Shown here: positions 26,967-36,739 of the stretch, piece by piece
How the letters are laid out: each line of letters starts with the position of its first letter
How positions within the stretch are numbered: the stretch's first letter is position 1
Assembly: GCA_964014485.1 (NCBI GenBank)
Contig: CAXHAT010000061.1
Location: 1-39,258, forward strand
Length of the DNA: 39,258 nucleotides
DNA from: an uncultured Deferribacteres bacterium
Lineage (GTDB): Bacteria > Zhuqueibacterota > Zhuqueibacteria > Zhuqueibacterales > Geothermadaptataceae
Direction: 5' to 3'
Made by a program: the position numbers and the translations under genes
The notes under the pieces: generated by a model
Seen by the model: the letters and a program-made list of their open reading frames with translations, nothing else
Database searches by the model: none
What the model was told of the DNA's origin: nothing

Positions 26967-29375
26967 TTATTCACATTTTAAACTCTCCACTGGATTCACG
27001 CTCGCCGCGCGGACGGCTTGCCAGCCGACTGTAAAAACCGCAATCAACAATGCCGCGCCGCCTGCAAGCGCTAAAATCCACCAGCCGACGTCGGTGCGAT
27101 AGGCGAAGTTCTCCAGCCAATTGTTCATCGCGAACCAAGCAATCGGCCAAGCGAGGAGATTGGCGATGACGACCAGCCGAACAAAGTCCTTTGAAAGCAG
27201 CGCCGTGATTTTGATCGTGGTCGCGCCGAGCACTTTGCGCACGCCGATTTCCTTGATGCGCTGTTCCGCAGCGAACGCCGCCAGCCCAAACAGGCCGAGA
27301 CAGGCGATCAAAATGCTCAACATGGAAAAAACGCCGATTGCTTGCCCCCACGCTCGCTCCGTTTGATAAAGCCGGTCGAAATTTTCATCGAGAAAGAAGT
27401 ATTCGAATGGAACGTCCGGGAAGAATTGCGCCCATGTGTTTTCCAGCCCCGCGAGCGTCGCGTCGAAGTTTTCCGGGCGCAGTTTCAGGGAAATGTAAAA
27501 ATACCAGTACGGCTTGATCATAAAAATCATCGGTTCGATGCGCCGGTGCATCGACTCGAAATGAAAATCTTCCACCACGCCGACGATATGCCCGCGCCGC
27601 TGCTCAAATGGAAGCGACGGCGAGCCGGTGCGAAATTCCGTATCCATGATTTTTCCAAGCGGCGCTTCCCAGCCCAACTCGCGCACCAATGCTTGATTGA
27701 CGAGGTACGCTTCAGTAGAGTCCGTCGCGATGCGCTTGTCCAGCGTCCGACCCTGCAGGAGTTGAATGTCAAACGTTTGCATAAAATCCGGATCGGCGGA
27801 GACGGTGGAAACGCGCCAGGGTTCGTCGTCGTTTTGCAACAGCCCGCCCTCAGGCTTGGCCGTGACGCGAATGCTCAAATCATTCGACGGCACGTGCGAC
27901 GAAACCGTCGCCTGACGCACGCCGGGAATTTTGAGCATTTCATTTTTCAGGAGTTCAGGGTTGTCGCGAATTTTGCGCGCCTGAGGGATGACCAGAATTT
28001 GCTCTTTGTTAAACCCAAGCCGCTGATTTTGCACGAATTGCATCTGGTTGCGAATCACAATCGTCCCGGAAATCAGGACGATGGCGACGGCGAATTGCGT
28101 GACGACCAACGCTTGTCGGAAAAAAGATTTTTGCGTGCGCTGAGAGCCGCCTTTCAGCGCATGAGCCGGACGAAACGCGGAGAGAAAAAACGCCGGGTAG
28201 CCGCCGGACAAAACGCCGACGCTAAAAGTGAGTGCGACAATCCCGGAGAGCAGGAGGATGTCTTCGCCATACTCAAAAGTCAGCCGTGCTTGCACGAATC
28301 GACTAAAAATCGGCAGGAAAATTTCGACCAAAAACAGAGCGATTGTTGTCGCAATCGCGGCAATGAGTAACGATTCGCCAAGAAATTGTTTGATCAACTG
28401 CCCGCGCCCGGCCCCGGAAACTTTGCGCACGCCAATTTCCTTCGCGCGATTCAGCGAGCGCGCCGTAACCAGATTCATGTAGTTGATGCAGGCGACCACA
28501 AGAATCAAAAATGCGATGACTCCCGCGAGAACAATGTACGTCCGGTCGCTGTTTGGCGCGATTTCGCCGCTCAACTGCGAGCTTAAATGAATGTCGGTGA
28601 TCGGCTGCAGGCGAGCGAGAACGTCGGTGTAGTTCTCCCGCCTTTCTTCGCCTAAATGCCGGGCGACAAAGTCGGGGAATTGCGCTTCAAGCGTCGCGGG
28701 CGCGTTGTTTTCGGGCAGCAAAACGTACGTTTGCGCGAAAGTCGCCGACCAGTCTTGCAAGAAGAATTCCGGCCATGCGGTCTTGGTTGATTCAAAGGAG
28801 ACGAGCAAATCAAAAGTAAAGTGCGAGTTTGCCGGAACGTCTTCGAGAACGCCGGTGACGAGCAAATCGTAGTATTTTTCTCCCCACCGCAATTGTACCT
28901 GCTTGCCGACGCTCTCTTCTTGACCGAAATACTTCTCCGCCAGCGTTTTTGTGAGCACGACTGAGAACGGCTGCGTCAACGCTGTTTTCGGATTTCCGGC
29001 CAGCATTTTGAATGAAAAGATTTCCAGCGCTTCAGCGTCCGCCCAGAACATGCCGTTTTCGAAAAAGCTCTCCTCGCCGACGCGAATGAGCGCAGGCTGG
29101 CGATCTTTGCGAAAACGGACGGCCTGAACTTCCGGGAAATCGTTGTTCAACGTCGGGGCTAGACGGAAAGCCGTCGGTGCGGCGTTTTCCCGCACGACGC
29201 GATAGAGACGGTTGGCGTTTTCATGATACTCGTCGAAGCTCGTTTCGTGACGGATAAACAGAAACAGCAAAATGAAACACGCCATCCCAACGGCAAGCCC
29301 GCCGACGTTGATGAGTGAGAAAACGCGGTTTTTGAAGAGATTGCGAACGGCGATTTTCAGGTAGTTTTTAAACAT
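26967..29375 (-). CDS. ABC transporter permease, MacB/FtsX family (duplicated)
   Basis: MFKNYLKIAVRNL, ACINYMNL..RAKEIGVRKVSGA, IACLGLFGL..QRIKEIGVRKVLGA, NPVESLK. Confidence 0.96.
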   Translation of the reverse strand: MFKNYLKIAVRNLFKNRVFSLINVGGLAVGMACFILLFLFIRHETSFDEYHENANRLYRVVRENAAPTAFRLAPTLNNDFPEVQAVRFRKDRQPALIRVGEESFFENGMFWADAEALEIFSFKMLAGNPKTALTQPFSVVLTKTLAEKYFGQEESVGKQVQLRWGEKYYDLLVTGVLEDVPANSHFTFDLLVSFESTKTAWPEFFLQDWSATFAQTYVLLPENNAPATLEAQFPDFVARHLGEERRENYTDVLARLQPITDIHLSSQLSGEIAPNSDRTYIVLAGVIAFLILVVACINYMNLVTARSLNRAKEIGVRKVSGAGRGQLIKQFLGESLLIAAIATTIALFLVEIFLPIFSRFVQARLTFEYGEDILLLSGIVALTFSVGVLSGGYPAFFLSAFRPAHALKGGSQRTQKSFFRQALVVTQFAVAIVLISGTIVIRNQMQFVQNQRLGFNKEQILVIPQARKIRDNPELLKNEMLKIPGVRQATVSSHVPSNDLSIRVTAKPEGGLLQNDDEPWRVSTVSADPDFMQTFDIQLLQGRTLDKRIATDSTEAYLVNQALVRELGWEAPLGKIMDTEFRTGSPSLPFEQRRGHIVGVVEDFHFESMHRRIEPMIFMIKPYWYFYISLKLRPENFDATLAGLENTWAQFFPDVPFEYFFLDENFDRLYQTERAWGQAIGVFSMLSILIACLGLFGLAAFAAEQRIKEIGVRKVLGATTIKITALLSKDFVRLVVIANLLAWPIAWFAMNNWLENFAYRTDVGWWILALAGGAALLIAVFTVGWQAVRAASVNPVESLKCE

Positions 29376-29406
29376 TGCTCATCCTAAAAATTGATTTTTA
29401 CGCTCT

Positions 29407-29603
29407 CTACCTGACACTTTTTGTAAACCGCCTTTTCGAGCCGTTGAAAGGTCCAGTTTTGTCATTCTGAAGGAATCTTTGTTATCGCCCAGTACGGATC
29501 ATGCTCAAAAGTTCAGGGGTTGGATCAAAAAAGATGCTTTCAGCATGACAAATCCGGCCTTTTTCGCCGGTCTTAGAAGGCTACACAATAAAGTGTCAGG
29601 TAG
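29407..29603. mobile_element. MITE-like element enclosing a GTCATTCTGAA-type palindrome pair
   Basis: Perfect 14-bp IR CTACCTGACACTTT (29407-29420) / AAAGTGTCAGGTAG (29590-29603); inner GTCATTCTGAAGGAATCTTT ... AAAGATGCTTTCAGCATGAC, same family as 14915-14978. Confidence 0.7.
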
Positions 29604-29865
29604 TGAATTTTTATGTCATTCCCGCCTTCGCAGAAATAGCAATTATCGAAGGCGTAAATTTCTTGCGAATTTCACTCTCCCGTACATTCTGCCTTCGCAA
29701 AATTTTTGCGAATATCTCTGTGCTTACCTTGATTTTAGCCACTCTCTCAAATCCATGTTTTTAAAAGCCTTGTCATCCGGAAAACGCCTTGATTCTTTTT
29801 ATGGCGCCGGCTTTGAATAAAGGGGGCGTAAACAAAATGCTTCGAACCAAACATGAGGATAGATC

Positions 29866-30597
29866 ATGAAAACGATGTTTACGTTGAAAGTTAATGACAG
29901 TGAAGACGGCGTTTTAAAATTCGGTATGCCGGAAAACGACCGCGAGATGAAAGAAATGTTTGATTTTCGCTACCGGGTTTATTGCGAGCGCGGCTATGTT
30001 TCGCCGAGTCAATCCAAGAGCGACGTCGATGAATATGACCGCAACGGCTGCTGTCAGTACTTTATCGCGAAGATGGGCGACCAGATTATTGGCACGATGC
30101 GGCAGATTCAAAACAAGGCGCTGCCGATTTTCAATTATTTTAGTTTTCCCGATCCTGGCAAGGAATCAGGCGCGCCGCCTGCGAATAGCTGCGAAATCGG
30201 CAGGTTGATTGTGAGTCACAAAGGTGCGGGGTGTACGGGAGTGCTGCCGCGCGGGTTGGTCTCGCTGTTTTTGATGAAGTGCGCCGCCGAATATGCCAAA
30301 CAGAACGGGATAGGTTTGAGCTACGCTTTTATCAAAGCGAAATTGGAGCGCAAAATGAGAAACCGGAAAATGCCGCTCAAATATATTCGAAATTACGAGC
30401 AGTCCTGCTCGCCCGATGATCTTTTGTTTGATTACTTCTCCAATCCCAAAGACCCGGTGCATCCGGTCTATTTTTTAACCCATGAATTCGACCGTTACCT
30501 GAAGCGCATCATTAATCGCGTCTTCTTCGAAATCAAGAATGGAATCGAGTACAGAATTCGGCAAAACCTGATGACGAAAGTTCTGTTTGGGCGTTAG
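29866..30597 (+). CDS. GNAT-fold acyltransferase, N-acyl amino acid synthase (FeeM)/LuxI-like
   Basis: FRYRVYCERGY, DVDEYD, IIGTMR, CEIGRL motifs; GAGGA RBS. Confidence 0.7.
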   Translation: MKTMFTLKVNDSEDGVLKFGMPENDREMKEMFDFRYRVYCERGYVSPSQSKSDVDEYDRNGCCQYFIAKMGDQIIGTMRQIQNKALPIFNYFSFPDPGKESGAPPANSCEIGRLIVSHKGAGCTGVLPRGLVSLFLMKCAAEYAKQNGIGLSYAFIKAKLERKMRNRKMPLKYIRNYEQSCSPDDLLFDYFSNPKDPVHPVYFLTHEFDRYLKRIINRVFFEIKNGIEYRIRQNLMTKVLFGR

Positions 30598-30879
30598 TGA
30601 TTTATTGCGCAAGGCTTCCAGCGCATTCGGCGCAGCTCTATAACGGATTGCACGGCGAAGAGGATAACGATAGCATGTGCTGCGACGAACGCCTCGTCGC
30701 AGCCTTTTTTGTTGAGAGAGAATCACCGTCAGAGCGATGCAAAATCTTGCCGCGCATTTTTGCTGGAGAAATGCCTGCTCGACCCAGGCTGGTTTTACAA
30801 GGACGATGATAGAGCACGGTTTCTGGGCTGAAATGCGGCTGTTAAATTGACTCTGGTCAAGGCGTCTGTATTTTTCACC

Positions 30880-31155
30880 TGCTCGCCGCCGCCCCTGGCT
30901 TTTGAGTCCAAGCTGCGAACCTGAAAGACCTTCGTATTTCTTCGTCAATGAGTCCGGATTGGCTGCATGTTCGCTCCAGGCGCCCAGCATCAACTTTAGA
31001 CTCTCAGCGTCCTCCGGATATTGACTCTTGTCATCCGTTTCTTCGATCCAGTCATCGAGTATTGCCGCGTATTTTTCCCGAACCGCTCCATTCTCAGCCT
31101 CACCCGCCAGATTGTTCAGTTCGCAGGGATCGTTTTTAAGATCATAAAAGTAAAT
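30880..31155 (-). pseudogene. Isolated C-terminal fragment of a sulfatase
   Basis: Frame reads YFYDLKNDPCELNNLAGEAE...ILDDWIEETDDKSQYPED..LKLMLGAW, the sulfatase C-terminal signature; no start codon or catalytic N-terminus; lower boundary approximate. Confidence 0.65.
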
Positions 31156-31157
31156 GC

Positions 31158-32345
31158 TTATCGGATAGCGACAAGCTGTCGCTTAACAACCTTTTCATCG
31201 AGTTCGACGCCCAGTCCGGGCCCGGTCGGCGGCGTGATGAAGCCGTTCTCATACCGGATGGGATCCATTAAAATTTCACTGTGCAGATCGGTATAGTTGT
31301 ATTCCTGGATGAGGAAGTTAGGCGAGCATGTATTGAGCTGCAGCGCAGCGGCAAATGCGACGGGGCCGCAGTACATGTGAGGCGCAATCATGGCGTAGTG
31401 GGCTTCCGCGATCCCGGCGATCTTCTTCGATTCAAGAATGCCGCCGCACTGCCCCACGTCGAGTTGGATGATTTGGGCGGCTTGCTTTTTCAAAAGCTCG
31501 GTAAACTCAAACTTGGTGACCAAACGCTCGCCCGCCGCGATTGGGATATTTGTGTGGGCGGCCACGCGCGCCATCTCGTCCACGTTTTCCGGATGCACAG
31601 GCTCTTCAAAGAAATACGGGTCGTAGGGCTCAAGGATTTTCGCAAGGCGAATGGCGCCGGCCGTACTGAACTGACCATGACCGCCAAACCCGATCTCAAG
31701 CTTGTCGCCAACCGTGCGTCGAATGGCTTCGAAAATGCGGCCCACCTTGCGCATGGTCTCCAATGAATAGTCAAAAGGCCCTCCCACTTTGTACAATGGA
31801 TCCATCTTCGCGCAAGTAATCCCCTGCTCGACCAGCGCGACAGCTTGTTCACCGGCAACCTCCGGCTTGTCAATGGCTCCTGGCGGCTCGAAATACCCGT
31901 AGGCCCTTAACTGATCGTGGACGCGTCCTCCCAACAGATTGTACACAGGCTGCCCCGTGACTTTTCCGATGACGTCCCAGCAAGCCATTTCAATAGCGGA
32001 AATGGCTGGCATGGCGTAGAGCCCGGGGCGACGATGGTCATGCACGGAGGCGTACAGATTTTGCCAGAGATGTTCAATATTAAAGGGGTTTGTTCCAACG
32101 ACGTGACGCTCACATAATTCATGGATCAGACTGATTTGTGAGTCCAGCTTGGTCACGCCGCCGGTTGGACGTTCCCCCAATCCGATCACGCCCTGATCAG
32201 TCAACAGTTGGATGAACAACCACTTCGGCTGTCCGGCGTAAGGCGGAATGTTGTCAATCAACATTGTTTTTACCCCGGTCACTTTAATTTTCTGTCGGTT
32301 CAAAATCGGGGAATTACTGGTTGCTGCATTCGTGATTTTATTCAT
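31158..32345 (-). CDS. Mandelate racemase/muconate lactonizing enzyme family (enolase superfamily, acid-sugar dehydratase-like)
   Basis: AISAIEMACWDVIGK..PVYNLLGG, KMDP, GGHGQF, FEEP, AGER, APHMYCGP, LIQE, PTGPGLGVEL. Confidence 0.92.
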   Translation of the reverse strand: MNKITNAATSNSPILNRQKIKVTGVKTMLIDNIPPYAGQPKWLFIQLLTDQGVIGLGERPTGGVTKLDSQISLIHELCERHVVGTNPFNIEHLWQNLYASVHDHRRPGLYAMPAISAIEMACWDVIGKVTGQPVYNLLGGRVHDQLRAYGYFEPPGAIDKPEVAGEQAVALVEQGITCAKMDPLYKVGGPFDYSLETMRKVGRIFEAIRRTVGDKLEIGFGGHGQFSTAGAIRLAKILEPYDPYFFEEPVHPENVDEMARVAAHTNIPIAAGERLVTKFEFTELLKKQAAQIIQLDVGQCGGILESKKIAGIAEAHYAMIAPHMYCGPVAFAAALQLNTCSPNFLIQEYNYTDLHSEILMDPIRYENGFITPPTGPGLGVELDEKVVKRQLVAIR

Positions 32346-32451
32346 GTTTGCTCAGATGCCAAGTAGATTATAAATAGAACTGTGCCGGTCCATGCGCATT
32401 TTTCTTAAACTTATTTTGAACCTGAGAATTAACGAACGTTGCGCCATCTCA

Positions 32452-32671
32452 GGGGCAATTTTAAAAAGTCCCGCAGGGGCGGTCGAAAGTAGCCCGGAAG
32501 TTCACTTCCGGGGAAGACGACGTTTTGTTTTTTGTCGAGTCCCGCCAGGGACGGTTGAAATTTTATCGCGTCCAGTCTCAATCGTCCCTGACGAGACTTG
32601 AAATCATAAGAAACCATTGGTTCCAGGCGATTTATCGCCTGGCTATTATCAAGGACTTTTAAAACAGCTTC
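32452..32671. mobile_element. MITE-like element containing several REP-like hairpins
   Basis: Imperfect ends GGGGCAATTTTAAAAAGTCC / GGACTTTTAAAACAGCTTC; inner TAGCCCGGAAGTTCACTTCCGGG, GTCCCGCCAGGGACG / CGTCCCTGACGAGAC and CCAGGCGATTTATCGCCTGGCTA; right end is homologous to 39122-39204. Confidence 0.7.
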
Positions 32672-32766
32672 TTGGACTTTTCCACAAAAATTGCGAGAAC
32701 GTTTATGTCTGGCGACCTAAAAAATTTCCTGCGGAATGACAAGGCAGGGGCTTTCCAAATACGCTC

Positions 32767-33564
32767 TTAAACACCCAATTTTTCCAGGATGCTTTCGCGG
32801 TATGAGCGGCTTAGGCGCAGTTTTTTGCCGTTTTTCAAGAGCACAAAATAGTCGCCGTGGTCTTTGGGCAGGAGCGTTTCGACGAGATTCAAATTGACGA
32901 TTGTTGAGCGGTGGATGCGCGCGAATTTTTCAGGATCAAGCTGCGTTTCCAGGCGGTTCATCGTGTCGCGCAAAAGGTGGGTTTTCGTCTTGGTGTGCAA
33001 TTGCACGTAAACGCCCGCCGCATCAATCCATTCAACTTCTTCGGCGGGCACAAAGCAAATTCTGCCGGCGCTTTTTACCACGAAGCGTGCATTGCGCTCT
33101 CGTTCTTGCATTGCGACCTCTTCGGCTTGCGGCGGCTCCTCTTCTCGCAAGAGACCGAAAATTCGCTTTTGAAACGCTTCCGCGCGTTCTTTTTTAACTT
33201 GCGAGATCGCGCGTTCGAGCATGGTTTTGAACCTGTCATCGTCGAAGGGCTTGAGCAAGTAATCGAGCGCATGCACTTCAAAGGCGCGCAGAGCGAATTG
33301 GTCGTAAGCCGTTGTAAAAACGATGATTGGCAGGGGGGAGCCTTCGAGTTCCCGCAAAACGCCGAAGCCGTCTAAATCCGGCATTTGAATATCCAGAAAA
33401 AGAATATCGACTTGTTGCTGGAGCAGAAAACTCACGGCTTCGACTCCGTTGGCGCATTCGTGAATCGCGCTTACTTCGGGACGAATTTTTAGCAGATTTC
33501 GAATGCGGTTGCGCGCCAGAATTTCGTCATCGACGATTAAGAAGTCGAGTTTAAACTCTCTCAT
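32767..33564 (-). CDS. LytTR-family response regulator
   Basis: LIVDDE, LFLDIQMP, FTTAYDQFAL, DYLLKPF, FARIHRSTIVN, LSRSYR; start probably MREFK. Confidence 0.95.
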   Translation of the reverse strand: MREFKLDFLIVDDEILARNRIRNLLKIRPEVSAIHECANGVEAVSFLLQQQVDILFLDIQMPDLDGFGVLRELEGSPLPIIVFTTAYDQFALRAFEVHALDYLLKPFDDDRFKTMLERAISQVKKERAEAFQKRIFGLLREEEPPQAEEVAMQERERNARFVVKSAGRICFVPAEEVEWIDAAGVYVQLHTKTKTHLLRDTMNRLETQLDPEKFARIHRSTIVNLNLVETLLPKDHGDYFVLLKNGKKLRLSRSYRESILEKLGV

Positions 33565-33617
33565 AATTATGTGCTGCATGTGTTGTGTAGGCGTATTGCA
33601 ACAGGCTTCTACGAATT

Positions 33618-34727
33618 TCAGCTATTCTGTAACGGCAAAGAAATTCTCACCTCAAATCCGCCGCCTTCCCTGTTCCCGCAATCCAGCGAAAAATCATCGC
33701 CGTACATTTCCGCCAGGCGCGATTTTGTATTGGACAATCCCACGCCGTCGCCGTTTTTCGCGTTTGTTCCGTTGGCCGCGCCCCGCCCGTCGTCAGCAAT
33801 CGCAATCTCTAGGCGACCGTTTTCCGTCTGAATGGAGATTTCGATTTTGCCCGCCGTTGATTTCGGGGCAATGCCGTGACGCACGGCGTTTTCGACCAGC
33901 GGTTGCAGAATTAAATTTGGCACGCTGGCGGAGAGCGCTTTTTCCGAGACGTTTTTGGTGATTTTCAAACGATCCTGGAAGCGCACTTCTTCGATGGCGA
34001 GATAATTTTCCAGAAACGACAGCTCTTCCGCCACGGTTACTTTTTGCTTCGCAACGTGATCCAAAGTCAGGCGCAAAAAATCACTCAGCCGCGCGATCAT
34101 CGTGCGTGCGGCGGCGATGTTTTCGTCCATCAGCGAGGAAATGGCGTGCAGCGTATTGAACAGAAAATGCGGGTGGATTTGCATTTTGAGTGCGCTGAGT
34201 CTTGCCTCAGCCAATTGCCGCTCCAGCCGCGCCATTCTGAGGTCGCGCTCCTTGTTGCGATAATAATAATCGATGGCGCGACCGACGCCGTGAAAAACAA
34301 GGTAGATTGCGGCGTCCCAAGTGAAGCGTCCGGCCAAAGCTCTGGGGTATTGTTCGACGAAGGCGGCGAATGAAAGCGAAGCGTGAAGCGCCAGCGGGTG
34401 TATCAGCTCATAAATCGTGTAAACCACATTGTTTAGCGCCGAAAAAACGAGCCATGCCAGCACATGGATCGGCAGGTTTCTCAGCCAGGTTTCTTTTGTG
34501 AACGGGAACCGGCGGCCCAGCGCAAAAACTACGGGCACAAGAGCGGCAAGGGCAAAAAAGCGGAACGCCTGCACCGCCAAGTATTTCCAGTAGGCCACAT
34601 CCACGCCTTCCCGCAGACCCATGTAATAATATTCCTGCGCAGACATCAGCGCCATGAACAGGAAGAAGCCGAGAATCAGGCCATATTTTTTTAATGCGGC
34701 TTTTTGAAGGCTTGTCACAGATTTCAC
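33618..34727 (-). CDS. LytS/YehU-type sensor histidine kinase
   Basis: N-terminal TMs; LKMQIHPHFLFNTL, LQPLVENAVRHG, DDGRG, GVGLSN. Confidence 0.95.
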   Translation of the reverse strand: MKSVTSLQKAALKKYGLILGFFLFMALMSAQEYYYMGLREGVDVAYWKYLAVQAFRFFALAALVPVVFALGRRFPFTKETWLRNLPIHVLAWLVFSALNNVVYTIYELIHPLALHASLSFAAFVEQYPRALAGRFTWDAAIYLVFHGVGRAIDYYYRNKERDLRMARLERQLAEARLSALKMQIHPHFLFNTLHAISSLMDENIAAARTMIARLSDFLRLTLDHVAKQKVTVAEELSFLENYLAIEEVRFQDRLKITKNVSEKALSASVPNLILQPLVENAVRHGIAPKSTAGKIEISIQTENGRLEIAIADDGRGAANGTNAKNGDGVGLSNTKSRLAEMYGDDFSLDCGNREGGGFEVRISLPLQNS

Positions 34728-34971
34728 CGAAAAAAGCGTGGTTGCACCGTTGGTTTATTGCTGGAAGCGGCATGCGCCCAGACCTCGAACTTGCGTCCGT
34801 TTAATGAAGAGCGACAAATAGATTCGGCGTTCAAGAAAACGTCGCTTTTCTTTAAATGCAATTTTGATCATCCAGACTCGGTGCGGTTTTCTGGCTATTT
34901 TTAGTGGTCAGCGTTAAGTTTCTCACTCGGCTTTTCAAATGGTTTTCAATAAAAAATCGAAGGAGTAAACG

Positions 34972-35619
34972 ATGCTAAATTACGTTTGGATGGCGCTGCT
35001 TTTGATTGCGTTTGTGACGGCGGCGGTCAACGGCAAGGTGCCGGAATTGGGCAAGGCGGCGGTGGAATACGCCGAGATTTCGGTTACCATCGCGCTGGGG
35101 TTGATTGGCATTATGGCGTTGTGGTTGGGAATCATGAAAATCGCCGAGGACGCCGGGTTGGTCAAGCTTTTGGCGCGCATGATCAAACCAGTGACCAAGC
35201 GATTGTTTCCTGAAATTCCGCCTGACCATCCGGCAATGGGCGCAATGTTGATGAACCTGGCCGCCAACTGGCTAGGGCTTTCCAACGCTGCGACGCCGCT
35301 GGGCTTAAAAGCGATGGATGAGTTGCAATCGCTGAACAAGTCGGATGACACGGCGAGCAATTCGCAAGTGCTTTTTCTCGCGCTCAATACGGCGAGCATT
35401 ACACTGATTCCTGCTACGATCATCGGCGTGCGCGTGGCGCAAGACTCACAAGACCCGTTCGGCATCATTTTTACTTCGATCTTCGCTTCAACTTGCGCCA
35501 CAATAGTCGCGGTGATCGCCGCGAAGACTTTGCAGCGTTTGCCGATGTTTAAGAAAAGCAATCCGGCGCTATCGCAAGCCGCCAACGGGAACGATGAAAA
35601 AGGTCAAGACGAGAAGTGA
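34972..35619 (+). CDS. spmA: SpmA-like nucleoside-recognition (Gate) membrane protein
   Basis: MLNYVW, ALWLGIMKIAEDAGL, RLFPEIPPDHPA, LGLSNAATPLGLKAM; AAGGAG RBS. Confidence 0.9.
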   Translation: MLNYVWMALLLIAFVTAAVNGKVPELGKAAVEYAEISVTIALGLIGIMALWLGIMKIAEDAGLVKLLARMIKPVTKRLFPEIPPDHPAMGAMLMNLAANWLGLSNAATPLGLKAMDELQSLNKSDDTASNSQVLFLALNTASITLIPATIIGVRVAQDSQDPFGIIFTSIFASTCATIVAVIAAKTLQRLPMFKKSNPALSQAANGNDEKGQDEK

Positions 35620-35693
35620 GAATGCTCAAACTCGTCTTACTGGAAGCATCTTTTTTGACCTTAACGGTTAAGTGCATCGCTCACGTTTGTCTG

Positions 35694-35717
35694 GATTCCC
35701 GCCTGCGCGGGAAAGAC
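35694..35717. repeat. Single GTCATTCCCGCG-family REP copy between spmA and spmB
   Basis: GATTCCCGCCTGCGCGGGAAAGAC is the near-exact reverse complement of 678-701. Confidence 0.7.
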
Positions 35718-35789
35718 ATGCACATCAGCATGTGGCTGGGTGAATTTGATTTTTTACAATGACATTCAAGATTGATGAAGGAAAGATAA

Positions 35790-36344
35790 ATGGAAGATTT
35801 CAGCACATTTTTTCGCGAAGCGACGCAGGTTATTTCTGCGTGGGCGATCCCGGTTCTACTCGTTTCCATCCCGCTCTACGGTTTCTTCAAAAAAGTCAAA
35901 GTTTACGAGAGTTTTGTGGACGGGGCAAAAGAAGGTTTTAACGTCGCGATCCGAATTATCCCATATTTGATTGCGATTTTGGTTGCCATCGGCATGTTTC
36001 GCGCTTCAGGCGCAATGGATTTTTTGGCCTGGGTGCTGTCGCCGATCACGGAATTGATTGGGATGCCCGCCGAAGTTCTCCCCGCAGCGGTGATGCGCCC
36101 GCTCTCCGGCAGCGGCTCACTCGGCATTATCACGGAATTGATTAGCACGCACGGGCCGGACAGTTTTATCGGCAGGCTGGCCTCGACGATTTACGGCAGC
36201 ACGGAAACGACGTTTTATGTGCTGGCGGTTTATTTCGGTGCGGTCAGCATCAAAAAAACGCGCCACGCCGTCCCGGCTGGGTTGATCGCGGACGTCGCCG
36301 GAATATTGGCGGCGGTTTTTATTTGCCACTTTTTGTTTGGTTAA
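35790..36344 (+). CDS. spmB: SpmB-like membrane protein
   Basis: KVKVYESFVDGAKEGF, RPLSGSG, HGPDSFIG, GSTETTFYVLAVYFG, KKTRHA. Confidence 0.92.
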   Translation: MEDFSTFFREATQVISAWAIPVLLVSIPLYGFFKKVKVYESFVDGAKEGFNVAIRIIPYLIAILVAIGMFRASGAMDFLAWVLSPITELIGMPAEVLPAAVMRPLSGSGSLGIITELISTHGPDSFIGRLASTIYGSTETTFYVLAVYFGAVSIKKTRHAVPAGLIADVAGILAAVFICHFLFG

Positions 36345-36739
36345 ATTTGAAAATAAACAAGGTGGGCGTAGTGGAGAGCGACAAATAAGAAAGCGGAAGT
36401 TCTGAGCGTAAGCTTGTTTGAGCTCGACAGATTTTGAGCAATGGTGAAGCCTGAGAATATGTGGATCAACCAATAAATGAGATAACAAAAACTGGCTAAA
36501 ACAATGGCAAAAAAGAGCGGGCTAAAGAAAAAAGCCTGCTCGATCCGGAATTCCGCGAGTGCGGTCAAGCTTCGACCGCCGCCGCAAGCCAAGCAGGGGA
36601 TTCCAGCAAGCAGTTTCACCGGGCAAGTAAGGCTCAGGAGCGATTTGTGAGCCTGGAAGTAGGCAAATCCCGTGGCTGCCAAGACGCTTAGCATGACGCC
36701 CGGCCAAAAATCGCGCCTTTTTGCGAGCCAAGCACTCAT
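36341..36739 (-). CDS. DUF2752 domain membrane protein
   Basis: CPVKLLAGIPCLACGGGRS..AFFFSPL; ATG 36739 overlaps the upstream stop (ATGA). Confidence 0.8.
   Translation of the reverse strand: MSAWLAKRRDFWPGVMLSVLAATGFAYFQAHKSLLSLTCPVKLLAGIPCLACGGGRSLTALAEFRIEQAFFFSPLFFAIVLASFCYLIYWLIHIFSGFTIAQNLSSSNKLTLRTSAFLFVALHYAHLVYFQI

Noticed and set aside
27342..28370. 342-aa plus-strand ORF and similar long antisense ORFs (e.g. 7511-8224, 12180-12842, 26383-26796)
   Set aside because: They lie antisense to well-supported genes and have no recognisable motifs.
30475..30993. 172-aa minus-strand ORF as a real gene
   Set aside because: Only its first part continues the sulfatase remnant; the rest is read-through overlapping the acyltransferase gene.
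31158..32345. Enolase-superfamily gene as the missing DgcA racemase for the DUF1611 operon
   Set aside because: It is 10 kb away and has KxD and His motifs of the acid-sugar dehydratase/MR subgroup, not the KxK dipeptide-epimerase type.
34972..36344. spmA/spmB as evidence of sporulation
   Set aside because: These Gate-domain membrane proteins are widespread in non-sporulating bacteria and no other sporulation gene is present.
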